DNA of 63,301 bases, filler included, from Intoshia linei (lineage: Eukaryota; Animalia; Orthonectida), in assembly GCA_001642005.1 (NCBI GenBank). It is 3 parts of 3 records of this genome, joined end to end, with 100 filler letters (N's around TTAATTAATTAA, not from the genome) between each part and the next. Parts side by side here need not be neighbours in the genome. Positions count along the whole stretch, not along the records: positions 1 to 28,430 come from LWCA01000417.1; 2 more parts are not named here. One strand, 5' to 3'. This document shows, piece by piece, positions 1 through 12,412 of the stretch (position 1 is the stretch's first letter; every line of letters begins with the position of its first letter). Below the pieces are notes generated by a model. The model ran no database searches and was not told the origin of the DNA. It saw nothing but the letters and a program-made list of their open reading frames with translations. A program made the translations under genes and the position numbers.

Positions 1-1004
1 TATTATGATACAATTATCATGAAAAAAAATTTCCCGAATATATTGTAAAAGATTTATTTAATTTGTGCTTCTTAAAAATGACTTAAAAGTTATTTTAACA
101 AAAAATATTTAATAAATTTTGGTATATTATGGAATCTCTGTATTGACCATATTTATTGCAAACATGACTAACAAGATCGTGAATGTCTTGTATTTGAATG
201 AATTTATTATATTGTAAATAACCAGAATTCGAGAAATTAAATCGTTAATAAAATCAAAAAAAAATTGAGCTAGAAACAAATTTAAAAACATAAACTGTAT
301 AACTAAACATGGAGAACAGTATTATAAAGACGGTATCACGTTTAAAAGCTCAAACGCCGATTTCCGTTAAAATAAAGTTCAGTTTTATTTCTTCATAATA
401 TTTATACAGTGATATTTAAAATGACAAACGCAACTCGAATAGATAGCGTTAAATATTTTTGATTGCGAATTAGTTTTTATATTTTAAAAATATACACTTT
501 TAGTGTTAATTGCCCATTGATTCTTTGATGGGTGTGACACCCTAGTGTTCACCCAAAGAATATTTTTTTATCTAATTCAATTATAAATTCTAATATTAGT
601 ATATTTTTACGATCTTTTGATAGTGCGTCGGTGAACTTTAAAATTTTTGAAAATAACTAATTGGACTGTTAATGGAACATTTTATTATACGATAATTTTG
701 TTATACTTAGTAAATTTTCCAACGGTACCTATTAATAAATTAAAAAAGTAGGTCCTCATGATTGTAGACCGGGCCATTGTCCTAGTCCTTCTCCACGGCC
801 ATGGATATAAGTATAACATTAAAAAATACTAGTTTTATTACTATTATTATTTTACAGGTCATAATTACATAATTAAGTACGACTATTTATGTCTAGATTT
901 CTCTCATTGACCAACCCTACTACAATATGTATATGTGTAATACACATTGTGTATATAATGAATAATTAAGTAAAGTTTAATAACCCTATATTAACGTATT
1001 TTAG

Positions 1005-1328
1005 AACCTTAAAGGAAACTATTTAAACGAAAAGAGAAAACTTGAAAAACGTATTTTAGATTTACGAAAAATGAAGGACGATTTAATGAAAATTTATGAA
1101 GCTACAACACAAAAATTGAATAAAGAATTGGATGAATCCAAAAAAATTATTCAGGACTTTAAAAATAAAGATGGTTTATCGCACATCCAAGTAGAATACC
1201 TGAAAGCTACTGTAATGAAGTACATGATGGGGCAAAAAAATCGTGCTTTAGTTTCAGTTATATTAACAATTTTAAAATTTACCCAAAATGAATCAGATAT
1301 TATTTTTAGACACATGTACGATTTATAA
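1005..1328 (+). CDS. Terminal exon of a GRIP-domain golgin (coiled coil + GRIP); upstream exons not identified
   Basis: Acceptor ttttag ends at 1004; open frame NLKGNYLNEKRKLEKR...EYLKATVMKYMMGQKNRALVSVILTILKFTQNE matches the GRIP consensus (EYLK..v.kfm...L..vI.t.L.Fs..E); stop at 1326-1328. Confidence 0.8.
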   Translation, partial: NLKGNYLNEKRKLEKRILDLRKMKDDLMKIYEATTQKLNKELDESKKIIQDFKNKDGLSHIQVEYLKATVMKYMMGQKNRALVSVILTILKFTQNESDIIFRHMYDL

Positions 1329-2685
1329 ATGAAAATTAAATTTTATTCACGTTTTTTAATTCAATGGTTATTAAATTTTTAATGAGCATTTTATAATTAC
1401 AAAAATAAATTCAAGTAGTCTATTACACTAATAGACAATTTCCAACTTCTTGTCGTGCATTACAAAATTAATATCATATGAAAGTGAATTTTGAGATTTT
1501 AAGAATGAGCTATATCATTACAATAATCTAAAAGTTCCAATTTTGAGTAAACCGACAAAACGTAAATGGTTTTTAAATTTTTTTAAAAAATATATCAAAA
1601 ATATAAAACTTTGATTCTGTTTCAGGACTTATAATAATTATTTTTTGATGCAAATTCCATAATAAATACTAAATTAACTATTCTATAGGACTAATCCACC
1701 AAGAGGTAAAATATCATTATAATAATTTTATGGCAAACCTTCAACTTTTTTAAAAAATAAGGTCGTGAATCTATGTAAAAAAATTTTTGTGATGTGATGT
1801 AAGCCGTGTTAGTTTGATTTCCTATGTTCAATGATTATTAAAATGTTAAAAGGATAAATAATTTGCATGTACAGGTATAAATTTAAAATAAAAAATGTTA
1901 TTAACAATTTTAAATATAACTTATAATTTATTTTATGATGGATCTTTAAAAAAATCATTGCTCGTTATGAAATACGTTCAAGGTGATCTTAAAGTTGGGA
2001 TTATTTAATTGAGATTAGGGTTATAATAGGTTTTGTCGATGAAGGCAGATTCGTCATATCTTCCCATTTTAATTTTTTTAGTTCATACAACAAAAAATCA
2101 ATTATCTGGGCATTCATATAATAAACAACATTTGATTTTATAAACCTTTTTTTGTTCTCTAAACATAGAATAATCATTAGAATTTCCAAACCATAAATGG
2201 ATTAATAGATATCAAATAAATCTAAAAATTGACTAATTTTGTAAATTTTCTAGTATTAATAATAATATACTTTCCACATAAAACAAATTTTGTATATAAA
2301 TAAATAACACTTTGAACGATAATAAAATATGACAAAGTGACTATGTTGATAATTATTAATTTATTATATTTAAATTTGAATGAATTCATTATCTGTCTTT
2401 AATTTTTGTATAAATTATATATCATCGTGATCACCTTAAAATACAGACTTTAATGATATCATTTTTTGTACGGCTGCAAATTTCGTGTGTATTAGTGTTA
2501 TCTGAATATAATCAAATGGTTCCAATTTTTAAAATATATTAACGTTATTCATCATCATCTCTCAGTTATTCAAGTCATTATATAAATGTTTAAAACTTAT
2601 AAAGACAAGTTCAATTCATGTAAATATTTACATCTATCATATTAAAGTTATCTTGGAATATTATTTACTGTTAACATTACTTGAA

Positions 2686-4976
2686 ATGGATTCGCTAGGT
2701 GAGATTATTTTTTGAGTTGAAAGTTAACGTAAAAATTAAGATGACTTGCTGAATGATTTATTGGATGATAAGGATTCGTTTTATGAAGCTCCGGTACAAG
2801 TTATTTAATAAATTTTAAATTCAATCACTAGCAAAAATTGGTCGAAGAACAAGACGAATATGGTGTGATTCAGAAGGAGCATGTTAAACGTAAAGAATCA
2901 AATGCACAATCCAAGGTCATTAACAACCAGTTGTCCGAGATATCAAATGAACTCTTGTCAACCGTAGAGTCGCCGCTATCTGAGCCCGACTCCGACTTGG
3001 ACGCAGTAGACAATGAAATTGAAAATTTAGATACCATGTTAAAACAAATTAATATAAATACCAATACTTTAAATAAAAACAAAGTTATTTGTCCAGGATG
3101 TAATATGGAAATTTTAGGAGGTTTCAAATTAATTCCTTCATTTTAATTATACTTTATGTTTAGGTTATACAATTAAAGCTATAGATGCAATTTGGCACAG
3201 AGGTAATATTAAATATTTTAATTAAAATTATTACCAACACATTTCAGAGCATTTTGTATGTGTTCGTTGTCATACCTCATTAGTTGGAAAAATTTTTTTT
3301 GAAAAGGAAGAATCGCCTTATTGTGAAACAGACTATAAACTGCTTTTTTCTCCAAAATGTTTCAAGTGCAACATGCCCATATTGGAGGTAAGATTGTGTA
3401 TTTTGTTTACATTTTTACAGAAAGTAGTTAAAGCTCTCGGTGAATCGTGGCATCCGCACCACTTTACTTGTTTTATATGCAGCAAGGTTTTTGGCTCTGA
3501 AGGTTTTCATGAATATGAAAATAAACCATATTGCACGTATTATTTATGTAATGAACACAAAATGTAGTTATATTAGATTGCATTACACGGAATTACTTGC
3601 ACCAAAGTGTGCCTTTTGTTCTAAACCTATTATTGATAAATATATTGTTGTAATCAATAAAACGTGGCATCGGGAATGTTTCAAATGTTGGGTTTTTTTA
3701 ATCATTTCAAATTATCATTTTATATGTAGGATTGTCAGGCAGTTTTTAATAATAATCTTAAATATCACGAATTTGAGGGCGATCCGTATTGTAAAAAACA
3801 TTACGACGAAAAAATGTCAAGAATGTGTCATAGGTGCAATGGAGTCATTCAGGGAAAATTTATTGAAATTGCAGACAAAGTTTACCATCCAGAACATTTC
3901 ACGTAATTTCTTAATTTAACCTGTGTAATCTATTTACTCACTTACGCGTCACAGTATTTTTTATCAATATATTAAACGGAATGATTTTCTAGATTCTAGA
4001 CTCTATAATGTCCTGACCTTTAAAATTTTTGAAAATTAGATTTGTGAGATTTGTAAACACTAAATACATTAGGGTGTCAATATTTAAATCAATATTTACA
4101 TTTTCGATTTTTATTTTTATTCAAAATATTTGAAAAATATTGGTTGATAATATATTAAAAATTATTTTTCACCGGGAATGCGTAGATTTCTCGGGTTGAA
4201 CTATTGTATTTGTATCAACTGAAATAAGCTTTATCAGAATAATCTTTTTTTTAATTTTCGGACCGTTAATTATTTCACATTTTTGTTTTAATAAAATATT
4301 TCGGAAAACAAATATATGAAAACTAAAAATTTTTTTTGACCTTGAAGACGTCACATATTCAGATTGAAATTTTTTGTGTCTGTTAAAAAAATACAACTGT
4401 ACCACCTGTAAATTTTTTTAAATTTAAGGGTTGTTTTCATTAAAAAAAAGGGTAATTTGTGGTTTTGGCCCTGAAGAGATATTTTTTTTAAATTCTCGAA
4501 CTCGTTTGATTTTAAAAAAAGAAAACAATTGGGGTTTTGACCAGTAAAATGTGAGGTTGGGAGGTTGAAATTTATTTTACTAACACACCCAGAAAAACTG
4601 TAATTAAAATGTGGACTTTATAAAATTTTAAGACTGGTAGTTATTGAAATAAACCGTAACATACATACACAAACAAATATTGCGTAGCATATTGTATAAG
4701 TAAGGATTATTGTTAGCCCTCTAATTACATGTATATTTCATTATAATAAAATTTAATCATATTTATGTGTTGTAGACATTTAAATGTTTATTTTAATTGT
4801 TGATATTATTGATTCGTAATTGTATTTTAATATTTGCATTTACATTTAAATTTTATTTTATGTACACGGCAACATTTAGATGCACCTATTGCGGAGAATT
4901 ACTTATTGAAAAAGGATGGCAAGCATCCAAAGGAAACCCTTATTGTATTGATGATTATAAAAATATTTTCGGATAA
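2686..4976 (+). CDS. PXN: Paxillin/leupaxin family adaptor (LD motifs + 4 LIM domains), multi-exon
   Basis: Spliced N-terminus MDSLDDLLNDLL (LD1; introns 2699-2740 and 2794-2831), second LD-like motif ENLDTMLKQI, four LIM domains (CPGC..., CFKC...WHPHHFTC, CAFC...WHRECFKC, CHRC...HPEHFTC); last exon 4880-4976 ends PYCIDDYKKYFG*. Confidence 0.92.
4075..4706 (-). mobile_element. Non-autonomous Helitron-family copy (5' part) in the last paxillin intron
   Basis: Near-identical to 32442-33047 in reverse; 5' terminus A|TCCTTACTTATACAATATGC on the minus strand at 4706. Confidence 0.8.
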
Positions 4977-5164
4977 ATATGTTTATTAATTAATTAAATG
5001 TTTATATTTTGTGTTAATTTTTATATATTTTTGTCAACTTTTGTACATAGTTTAAATCAGTTGATCTTAACTTGGTGCATTACCCAAGGGGTAGAATATA
5101 ATAATAGGTTAGACATAATTTGCTAATTTAAATAACTAACAATAAATAAATACTAAATTATATA

Positions 5165-5885
5165 AGTACTACGTACAAATAGCACCTAGCTCTGCCGAGG
5201 GCACTCTTTTATTATACCTAAAAAATAAATTCATGTTGAAAATCTAACTTAAAAATCTGACTATTAACTATTATCAATTCTTTAAAGGAGTGGTTCCCAA
5301 ATTTGTTTCAGGTGGAACTGTTATATAACATTACTTTTTACTTTAAAGTGAATTATTCCATCTTAATTTTTTTTGTTAACACAGGCGTAAAGAATTTAAA
5401 AACAATTATCCCATTTTTTTAATTTATTAGACAGAATGTGTGTATAATATTAAAAATAAAGTAAAAACAGTCCAATCCTAAAAATTGTCATAAATAGCAT
5501 AAATTCCAAAAAAATAAAATTAGTCCAATACTAAAAATTGTCATAAAGGTGTGAGTTTTGGAAATTGAAATTTATATTATTATATGTAAAAATTGTCATA
5601 AATAGCATAAATTCCAGAAAAAATAAAATTAAGAAACCTATTTTGTCATTTTCAATGTGATGACATATATTCAGTATCAATTTAATAAATAAATCCTAAA
5701 AATTGTCATAAATAGCATAAATTCCAGAAAAAATAAAATTATAAACTATTTTGTTATTTTGAGTGTGATGATATATATTCAGAACCAATTTAATAAATAC
5801 TTACAAATACCAATTGTGTATCAATAATTAATCAAATCTTCACTTTATAAATATTTCAGTCGAAATTTACCATTATTGCAAAAAT
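5165..5885 (-). mobile_element. Helitron-family 3' portion with internal tandem duplications
   Basis: 5165-5205 is the reverse complement of the GCCCTCGGCAGAGCTAGGTGC...GTACGTAGTAC subterminal block at 33149-33185; 5385-5885 matches 62650-63090 in reverse; AAAAATTGTCATAAATAGCATAAATTCC is repeated. Confidence 0.7.
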
Positions 5886-6085
5886 TGTAATATAAAAATG
5901 TGTTTATACTTTTGGCCTTTTTTCTTGTTTTATAAAAAAATAATTGGAATCTCACCTATTTCGGATATCATGTTCTTTTTGAGACTCATTGAGACGTCTC
6001 ATCTTCATTATTACACATATCGGTTCTCGAATTTTGTCATTTCCCTGGAAATCACAATTACTAATTGAAATAAGAGTATTTTTGT

Positions 6086-6480
6086 TATAAGATTTGGTAA
6101 AATAGTGTTTTCCAAAAAAATATTGGAAATATGGGATTTTTTTAATAAGAGTTCATAAAATTTAATTTTTTATTTTGGTGTTGAATTAAGTAGGTTTTTG
6201 AAACAAATTTTGGAAAAACGGGATTTTTTTCATATTGGTTAGTAAATTGGATTTTTTATTTTGGGCTTGGATTAAGTGGGTTTTACTTATAAGGGTTGGT
6301 AAAATAGGATTTATCATTTTGAGGTTAGAATAAAAGAATTTTTCTAATAAGATTTGGTAAAATCGGATTTTACATTAAAATCACGGAATCGGATGAAATT
6401 GTATTCTTTTTTAATATTATTTTACATTTTTATTGTAAATTGTTAAATTGTATCAATTTAAATAATAATGTAGCGGTCTA
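6086..6480 (+). repeat. Degenerate ~60-nt unit repeat family (ATAAGATTTGGTAAAATCGGATTTT), probably TE-derived
   Basis: Similar arrays at 14371-14690 (both end ATAATGTAGCGGTC) and reversed at ~21520-21740. Confidence 0.55.
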
Positions 6481-6958
6481 TGCTAGACTAGACTCTATGA
6501 TGTGGGGTATTATCCCAACATCTGACAACTCCCAAACTTTAGAAGCTCTAATGCTGGTATACTATAAATATCAAAAATTAACTTTATTCACTTTTGGGTG
6601 CCCTAGTTAATAAGTTAGTAGTTATCATAGAACATTGAGCCTATATATTCATTTTATAGTTTAAATCAGCACTTCCCAACCACCAGGCAGTCAACAATAT
6701 GTACAATGTACAAACTATGATTTATAAGAAATTTCTTAAAAACAAAAAGATGGTCGAACCCCAGAGAGGGCTCGTTACGATAGGTTCGACACTGCCCTGT
6801 GTCCGTACAAAGATAATTTGAATATTGTAAATTATGGTAAGATTTAACATTTTACAAAATTGCAATCCAATTTTTAAATTAAAATAAACTTTGTTTAAAA
6901 CGAGGCTTAAATCTAAATATTTCATTTTTTCATTTTCAAATCGTTTGACGTGTCACAA

Positions 6959-9723
6959 ATGATTAAAATGCACAATTTTAACCTTTTTAGAAAATCGATT
7001 AATTTTGCAAAGTTTTCTCAACATAAAATTGTTCAATTTCTGCACAAACCTAAATTTGATAAAATTAGACATGTGACTGTTATTGGAAGCGGACAGATGG
7101 GACACGGAATTACTCAAGTATGTTATGATTATCAGAATTAATTTAGTATCAAAAAATCGGTAAATCCTAATGGCGTGTTAAAAAATTCGACGAGCCCACT
7201 ACAAAAAGGTTCAATTTAAAATTTGATTTAAATTTAAGTGAAAATACAGTACATATAATTTGTAATAATCAAAGAACCATTTCTATAAATGTACTTTTTT
7301 ACGTTTTACCCAAAAGTAGACATTATACATTTGTGAACAAAAAAATGGAAATTTGAAAAATCTTTTAATCAAGTTTCTAATTGATGATAGAGATAACACA
7401 TCATGAAGCTTTTAAAGGTTTCCCTACATATATGTATGTGACATTTATTTGCAACATTGAGTCAACAGTTTATTAATAAATTAAAAAAATCCTTGTGGAA
7501 TTGAACTAAAAAAAGTGAAAGTAGTTTTAAAGACTAACGTTTTATGTACTATACAACCCATTGTATTCAACAACTCATGATATATTTATCCTCGATAATT
7601 TAAAGATTTAAAAATATGAATATTTTTAAGTCTTTCGTTGAATGATATTTTTTAAAGTAATTGTCAAGTTGAGAGTCTTACTTAACAAAGTAGCTTGAAT
7701 GACTAGACATTTAGATGAAACTATCAAATACATACATTTTTTTGGAAAAATGTGATTTTAAATTTTAGTGTTTCATTGAAAATTCAATAAAGACTCACAT
7801 GATTGATATAGATAAAAAAATACTTGAAAAATCTATTCTCAAAATAGAAAAGGGGATTTTGTTGAAAGCAGCAAAAATGTTTAAAGATGATAAAAATAAG
7901 GTATAAAACTGTTTTATATGAATTTTTCTAAATAATTTTAGATCAGTGATTATTTAACTGAAAAAATGAAAAATATAACAACGAGTAGTAAATTAACAGA
8001 TGATTATACAAATGAAGCTGATTTGATTATTGAAGCCACAGTTGAAAATTTAAAAGTTAAACAAGATTTATTTATGCAAATTGACTCTATTGCTAAACCG
8101 TAATAGAATTTATTAATTAGATTTTATCAGAATACTTAATTCTTCGGTTCAAGTAGGGGTTTAATTAAACTTTAACGAACCCAAAAAGTTACATTGAGAT
8201 TAAAGTTTAATTTACAAATAATTTCATGTTTAATTAAAATTTATTGAAAAAATAATTAAATCTTAAAGGATCAACATGGATCCATATCATCTAATGGTTA
8301 TTAACCTAATGGAACCGATTAAAATTTAAATTAAATTATTAGTGACGCTATATATGCAACAAATACTTCATCTTTTTTAATTTCTGCAGTTTTTAAAAAT
8401 ATCGATGATAAACGTAAATTAAATACGTGTGGAATACATTTTTTCAATCCTGCACCAATTATGAAGCTTGTAGAGGTATAATGAAATTTCAAATGAAATC
8501 TTCATAATTTTGTATAGATTATTCAAAACAATACTGATCCGGTAGTATTTTGTAAAATTGATCAACTTATTAAAGATATTGGCAAAATTGCTGTTTACCC
8601 GAAGGTTAATTTATGCATTTTTTATATTTCATTTGATATAATAAATAGGATAAACCTGGTTTTATTGTGAATAGATTACTTATTCCCTTTTTGGTTGAAG
8701 CTATGCATATGTTGGAAAGAGGTTTTTATTTTTTAATATTTTCAGTGTTTGTTAGAAAACTGAATCTGCAATGGTTCTGATTTATCTAAATTTTTTAATA
8801 GGTGACGCAACAATGGAAGACATTGATAAAGCGTTGAAGTTTGGTGCTGGCCATCCTATGGGTCCTATAAATCTTGCTGATTTGATCGGTTTGGATGTCA
8901 TCAAATTTATTTTGGACGGTAAATATTTTTATGTACATTTATCCAATTATTAATAATGATTGTATTATATATTTAATTTTGCTTTATAGTTTATTTTATA
9001 ATCTTGGGTAGCCCGTATCTGGCCGGGCAAGAAATTATGGGTTTATAGAAAATGTTTTATATTAACATAATTTATAGAGTTAATTTAACTCACTGTTGAA
9101 TTACGACTCAGTTTAATTATGCCCAGTTAAGTTCATAAAAATTAATATATCGTCATTTAAAATTAATTTTTTTAAGTATTATTTAGCCCATAAGACTACG
9201 TACCCAACCATACTGGATTGATAATGATCAATTTTACTTTAATGTATTGGATCAACAGTTCTCCCATAGTCGAACCTACCCTATTCAGTAACCTCTTCGG
9301 GAACATCGAGTCATTCATCGAATCATTTTGTATGATGGGTTTATAATAAACCAAATTGAAAATTTAGAAAAATTATATTTGTGAATATTATAATTTTCTG
9401 CCAAATTTATTTTTAAATCGTCCCCTTCAAAATTCAATTTTATCAAATTTTATTTTGGCAAAGTAGACTTCTATTCTAGCTAATCTATTTTAATCAATTC
9501 TTAACTAACTAAGTAAGTAATTAAGGATACTTACAAGTTATGAGTATCAGTTCAAGTATGCAAGATAAAATATAAATATTCAATTTACATTTATCATCTT
9601 ATTATAGGTTGGATCAGAGATTTTCCAAATGATGCATCATTTAGAAAAGTTGAATTGTTGGATAAAATGGTTAACGAAAATAAATTGGGGAAAAAGACAA
9701 AGTCTGGCTTCTACGATTATTAA
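6959..9723 (+). CDS. HADH: Mitochondrial 3-hydroxyacyl-CoA dehydrogenase, multi-exon
   Basis: [16 protein letters not shown] (NAD-binding), [65 protein letters not shown], ends [12 protein letters not shown]; start could be 6959 or 6968. Confidence 0.93.
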
Positions 9724-10944
9724 TTTTTACTTTATTACTTGTTAATTTATATATTTATTAAAGTTTATTTTTTAAATATATTTTAACCGATTTCGATAAT
9801 ATTTAAGAACTTATCATTTACATATCTTTTACTTATACACTAGGCCTAGTGACTAGGGTGTGCACTTTTTTAAGGAACAAAAAGTATATTTGCATATAGG
9901 TGTTTTTTGTGTGTACTGATCACGAATATGCAAAAATTAACTGACCATCAAATTGTTTATTTGATCAGTCGATCGTAGATTAGAAGAAATTAAAAGTGTC
10001 TAAGCACAAAAATTGAAAATTTTGTATTCATCATGTCATTTTGTATATCATTGACGTAATGTCAGTATTTTAATTTTTAGTTATTTATATCAGTAAATTT
10101 ATATAAAAAAATCATTCAAAATCAGAATAATCCCAAAAAATAAATTCCATTAGATTTAATAATCAGACCATAAACGGGTAGCGGCAAAGAATATTCTATC
10201 AGAAAAATTTATCTAAATAACTTTATTTTACCATATATTTGACAAAAAATATTTAAAATTGTATTTATTTTAAAAAAATGTTAATTATCATTCATCCGTT
10301 AAAATTTTTATATTAATTTGAATTAATAAAAGTAGACAGCAGATTAATATAAAATAATTCATTGCGAACAAGACGATGCGATTGAACTTTCCTTATTCAA
10401 TGTAATGATCATAATGGGAACTCTCTATCCCTAAATTTCTTTTATCTGAATAATATATCTTATATATTCTTGATAAGCTGCGATTTACTATTACTATGTT
10501 ATATATTTAAATAGATAACATGTACAATGTACATCAAATATATAATAGTATCACTGGTTTGTACTAGTTCACATAATTACCATCAGTGTTCACTTTAACG
10601 CTTCTACTCTTAGAGTCTCCCGATTTTTTAAAATACGCCGCCATATTATCTGCTACTGCATATTATTATTAAGATTTTTTCCACTGGGCACTGGAAAATT
10701 TTACAGGGTACACATGATATTATAACTACATAATGTAATAAAGATTGTGTTCTTTATTGAAAAATAATTCAAGTTCAAAAAGATTGTAATGTTTGGAGAG
10801 TTTGAAAATTTCAAGCACACCACTCAGCTGAAACCAAACAGTTTCATTCAAGCCATTAACTAATTTGTTAGTTTGAATGGGTTATTGTTTATATTATTGC
10901 ATTCTCCAAAACTAATAACATTATTTTAAAAAAAGTTAAATATT

Positions 10945-11267
10945 CAGTGGCGGATTCAAGGGGTGGAGAAGGTGCAGTTGCACCCCCTAAATTTTTAATT
11001 AATGTTTTGTAAAATAACTGAAAAAGGTTTTAATTTATTAAAAAAATATACATGGCGCATAACATTACATTTTTTTTATTTTTCGAAAAAATACAAATTT
11101 CGAAACTATTGTATAACCTTTAAATGAAATTAAAAAAGACGCTTTAAATCAAACTAGACGCCTTGATATTAAAAGAGACCCCCTAAAAATTGTTTTGCTT
11201 TGGCGAAGCTAAATATATTGTTCGCTTCGCTCGCATCCCATTAACTAGCATCTTGGATCCGCCTCTG
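10945..11267. mobile_element. MITE with GC-rich TIRs
   Basis: CAGTGGCGGATTCAAG ... CTTGGATCCGCCTCTG inverted termini; TSD not clear. Confidence 0.6.
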
Positions 11268-11401
11268 TTATTTTCAGGTGGAGGAAATTACAGCATTTTG
11301 TAAATTTTTTTCGATAATTATGTTCTAAATAACATTTAAGACACTCAGTAAAATAGACTTTTTTAATTCAACAAAAAGTGTCAAAAATGCATACCCATTT
11401 A

Positions 11402-11890
11402 TCTTAACTCATATAATATGCTATGCTATTTTTGTTTGTGTGTGTGTTCAGCTTTATTTAAATAACTATATACGTAATGTACGTATATTATCCATTTATG
11501 AATATAATGAAATTCAAACAAGTCCTAGAATTACTAAAAATTAACAAACTGATAAAGATTTTAAAATCATCAACATTATGATAAATTTCTATTTGATAAT
11601 CTTATATCTTCACTGCCAAAACCACAAATTACCCTTTTTTGTAAAAATAAAAAAAGTCATAGAATTTTATACAACATAAATTGTGGATTGCGTTTTAAAA
11701 TCATAAACATTTTCATAAATCGCAAACCTAAAAAAGTTCATTTTCACGATCAAAACCACTGATTACCCTTTTTTTAAAAAATAAAAATAGTTTTCGAATT
11801 TTTAAATACAGTTATATCCAGTTAAACACACAAAAAATTTAAATCTAACAAAGTGACGTCTTTACGGTGAAAAAAGCACTTTTCTCAAGC
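11402..11890 (+). mobile_element. Degenerate Helitron-family copy (5' part)
   Basis: Starts A|TCTTAACTCATATAATATGCTATG followed by (TG)n; internal blocks match 32442-32870. Confidence 0.65.
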
Positions 11891-12412
11891 CCTAACGCAC
11901 TAAAAGCAACAAAATCTAATGTATTAATAATAGTAATACAATAGCCATTACATTAGATACGAAAACAACATTATTTCCAAAATAGACTGTATTTGGCCTA
12001 TATACAGACCTTAAATTCATATGATACATAATTATGTATTTTATGTGTATTATAATACACAAAATTAAAATAATGTCTATTTAACAATATTAAATGTATA
12101 TGCGAAAATATTTCTTTAAAATGGTAGGAACATTACACATAAAGTAAAAGTAGTTACAAGCATTACATTATATGCAATGAAAAAATTCTAGCCTACTTTA
12201 AAATCTAGTTTATCAATTATATTGACGATTCATAAAATGGGATAAAAACTAGATATGCCACATTTAGCCAATATTACAACACAAATTGTAATTAAAATGA
12301 TTTCTTTTCAATTTAAATTCATACAGATGACCTATATAGATCAAATACAGTACATTAATTTGGGAAAGCTGCATTGATATTTCCATTAAAAAAATATAAA
12401 TACAAAAATTAT

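Noticed and set aside
4169-4405. Short ORFs in repeats or antisense to exons (e.g. 4169-4405, 2870-3127, 12509-12715, 52064-52306)
   Set aside because: They lie in non-coding Helitron copies or opposite real exons and show no recognisable motifs
4726-4733. TACATGTA palindromes as Tc1 excision footprints
   Set aside because: About five occurrences of an AT-rich 8-mer in 63 kb is close to chance expectation
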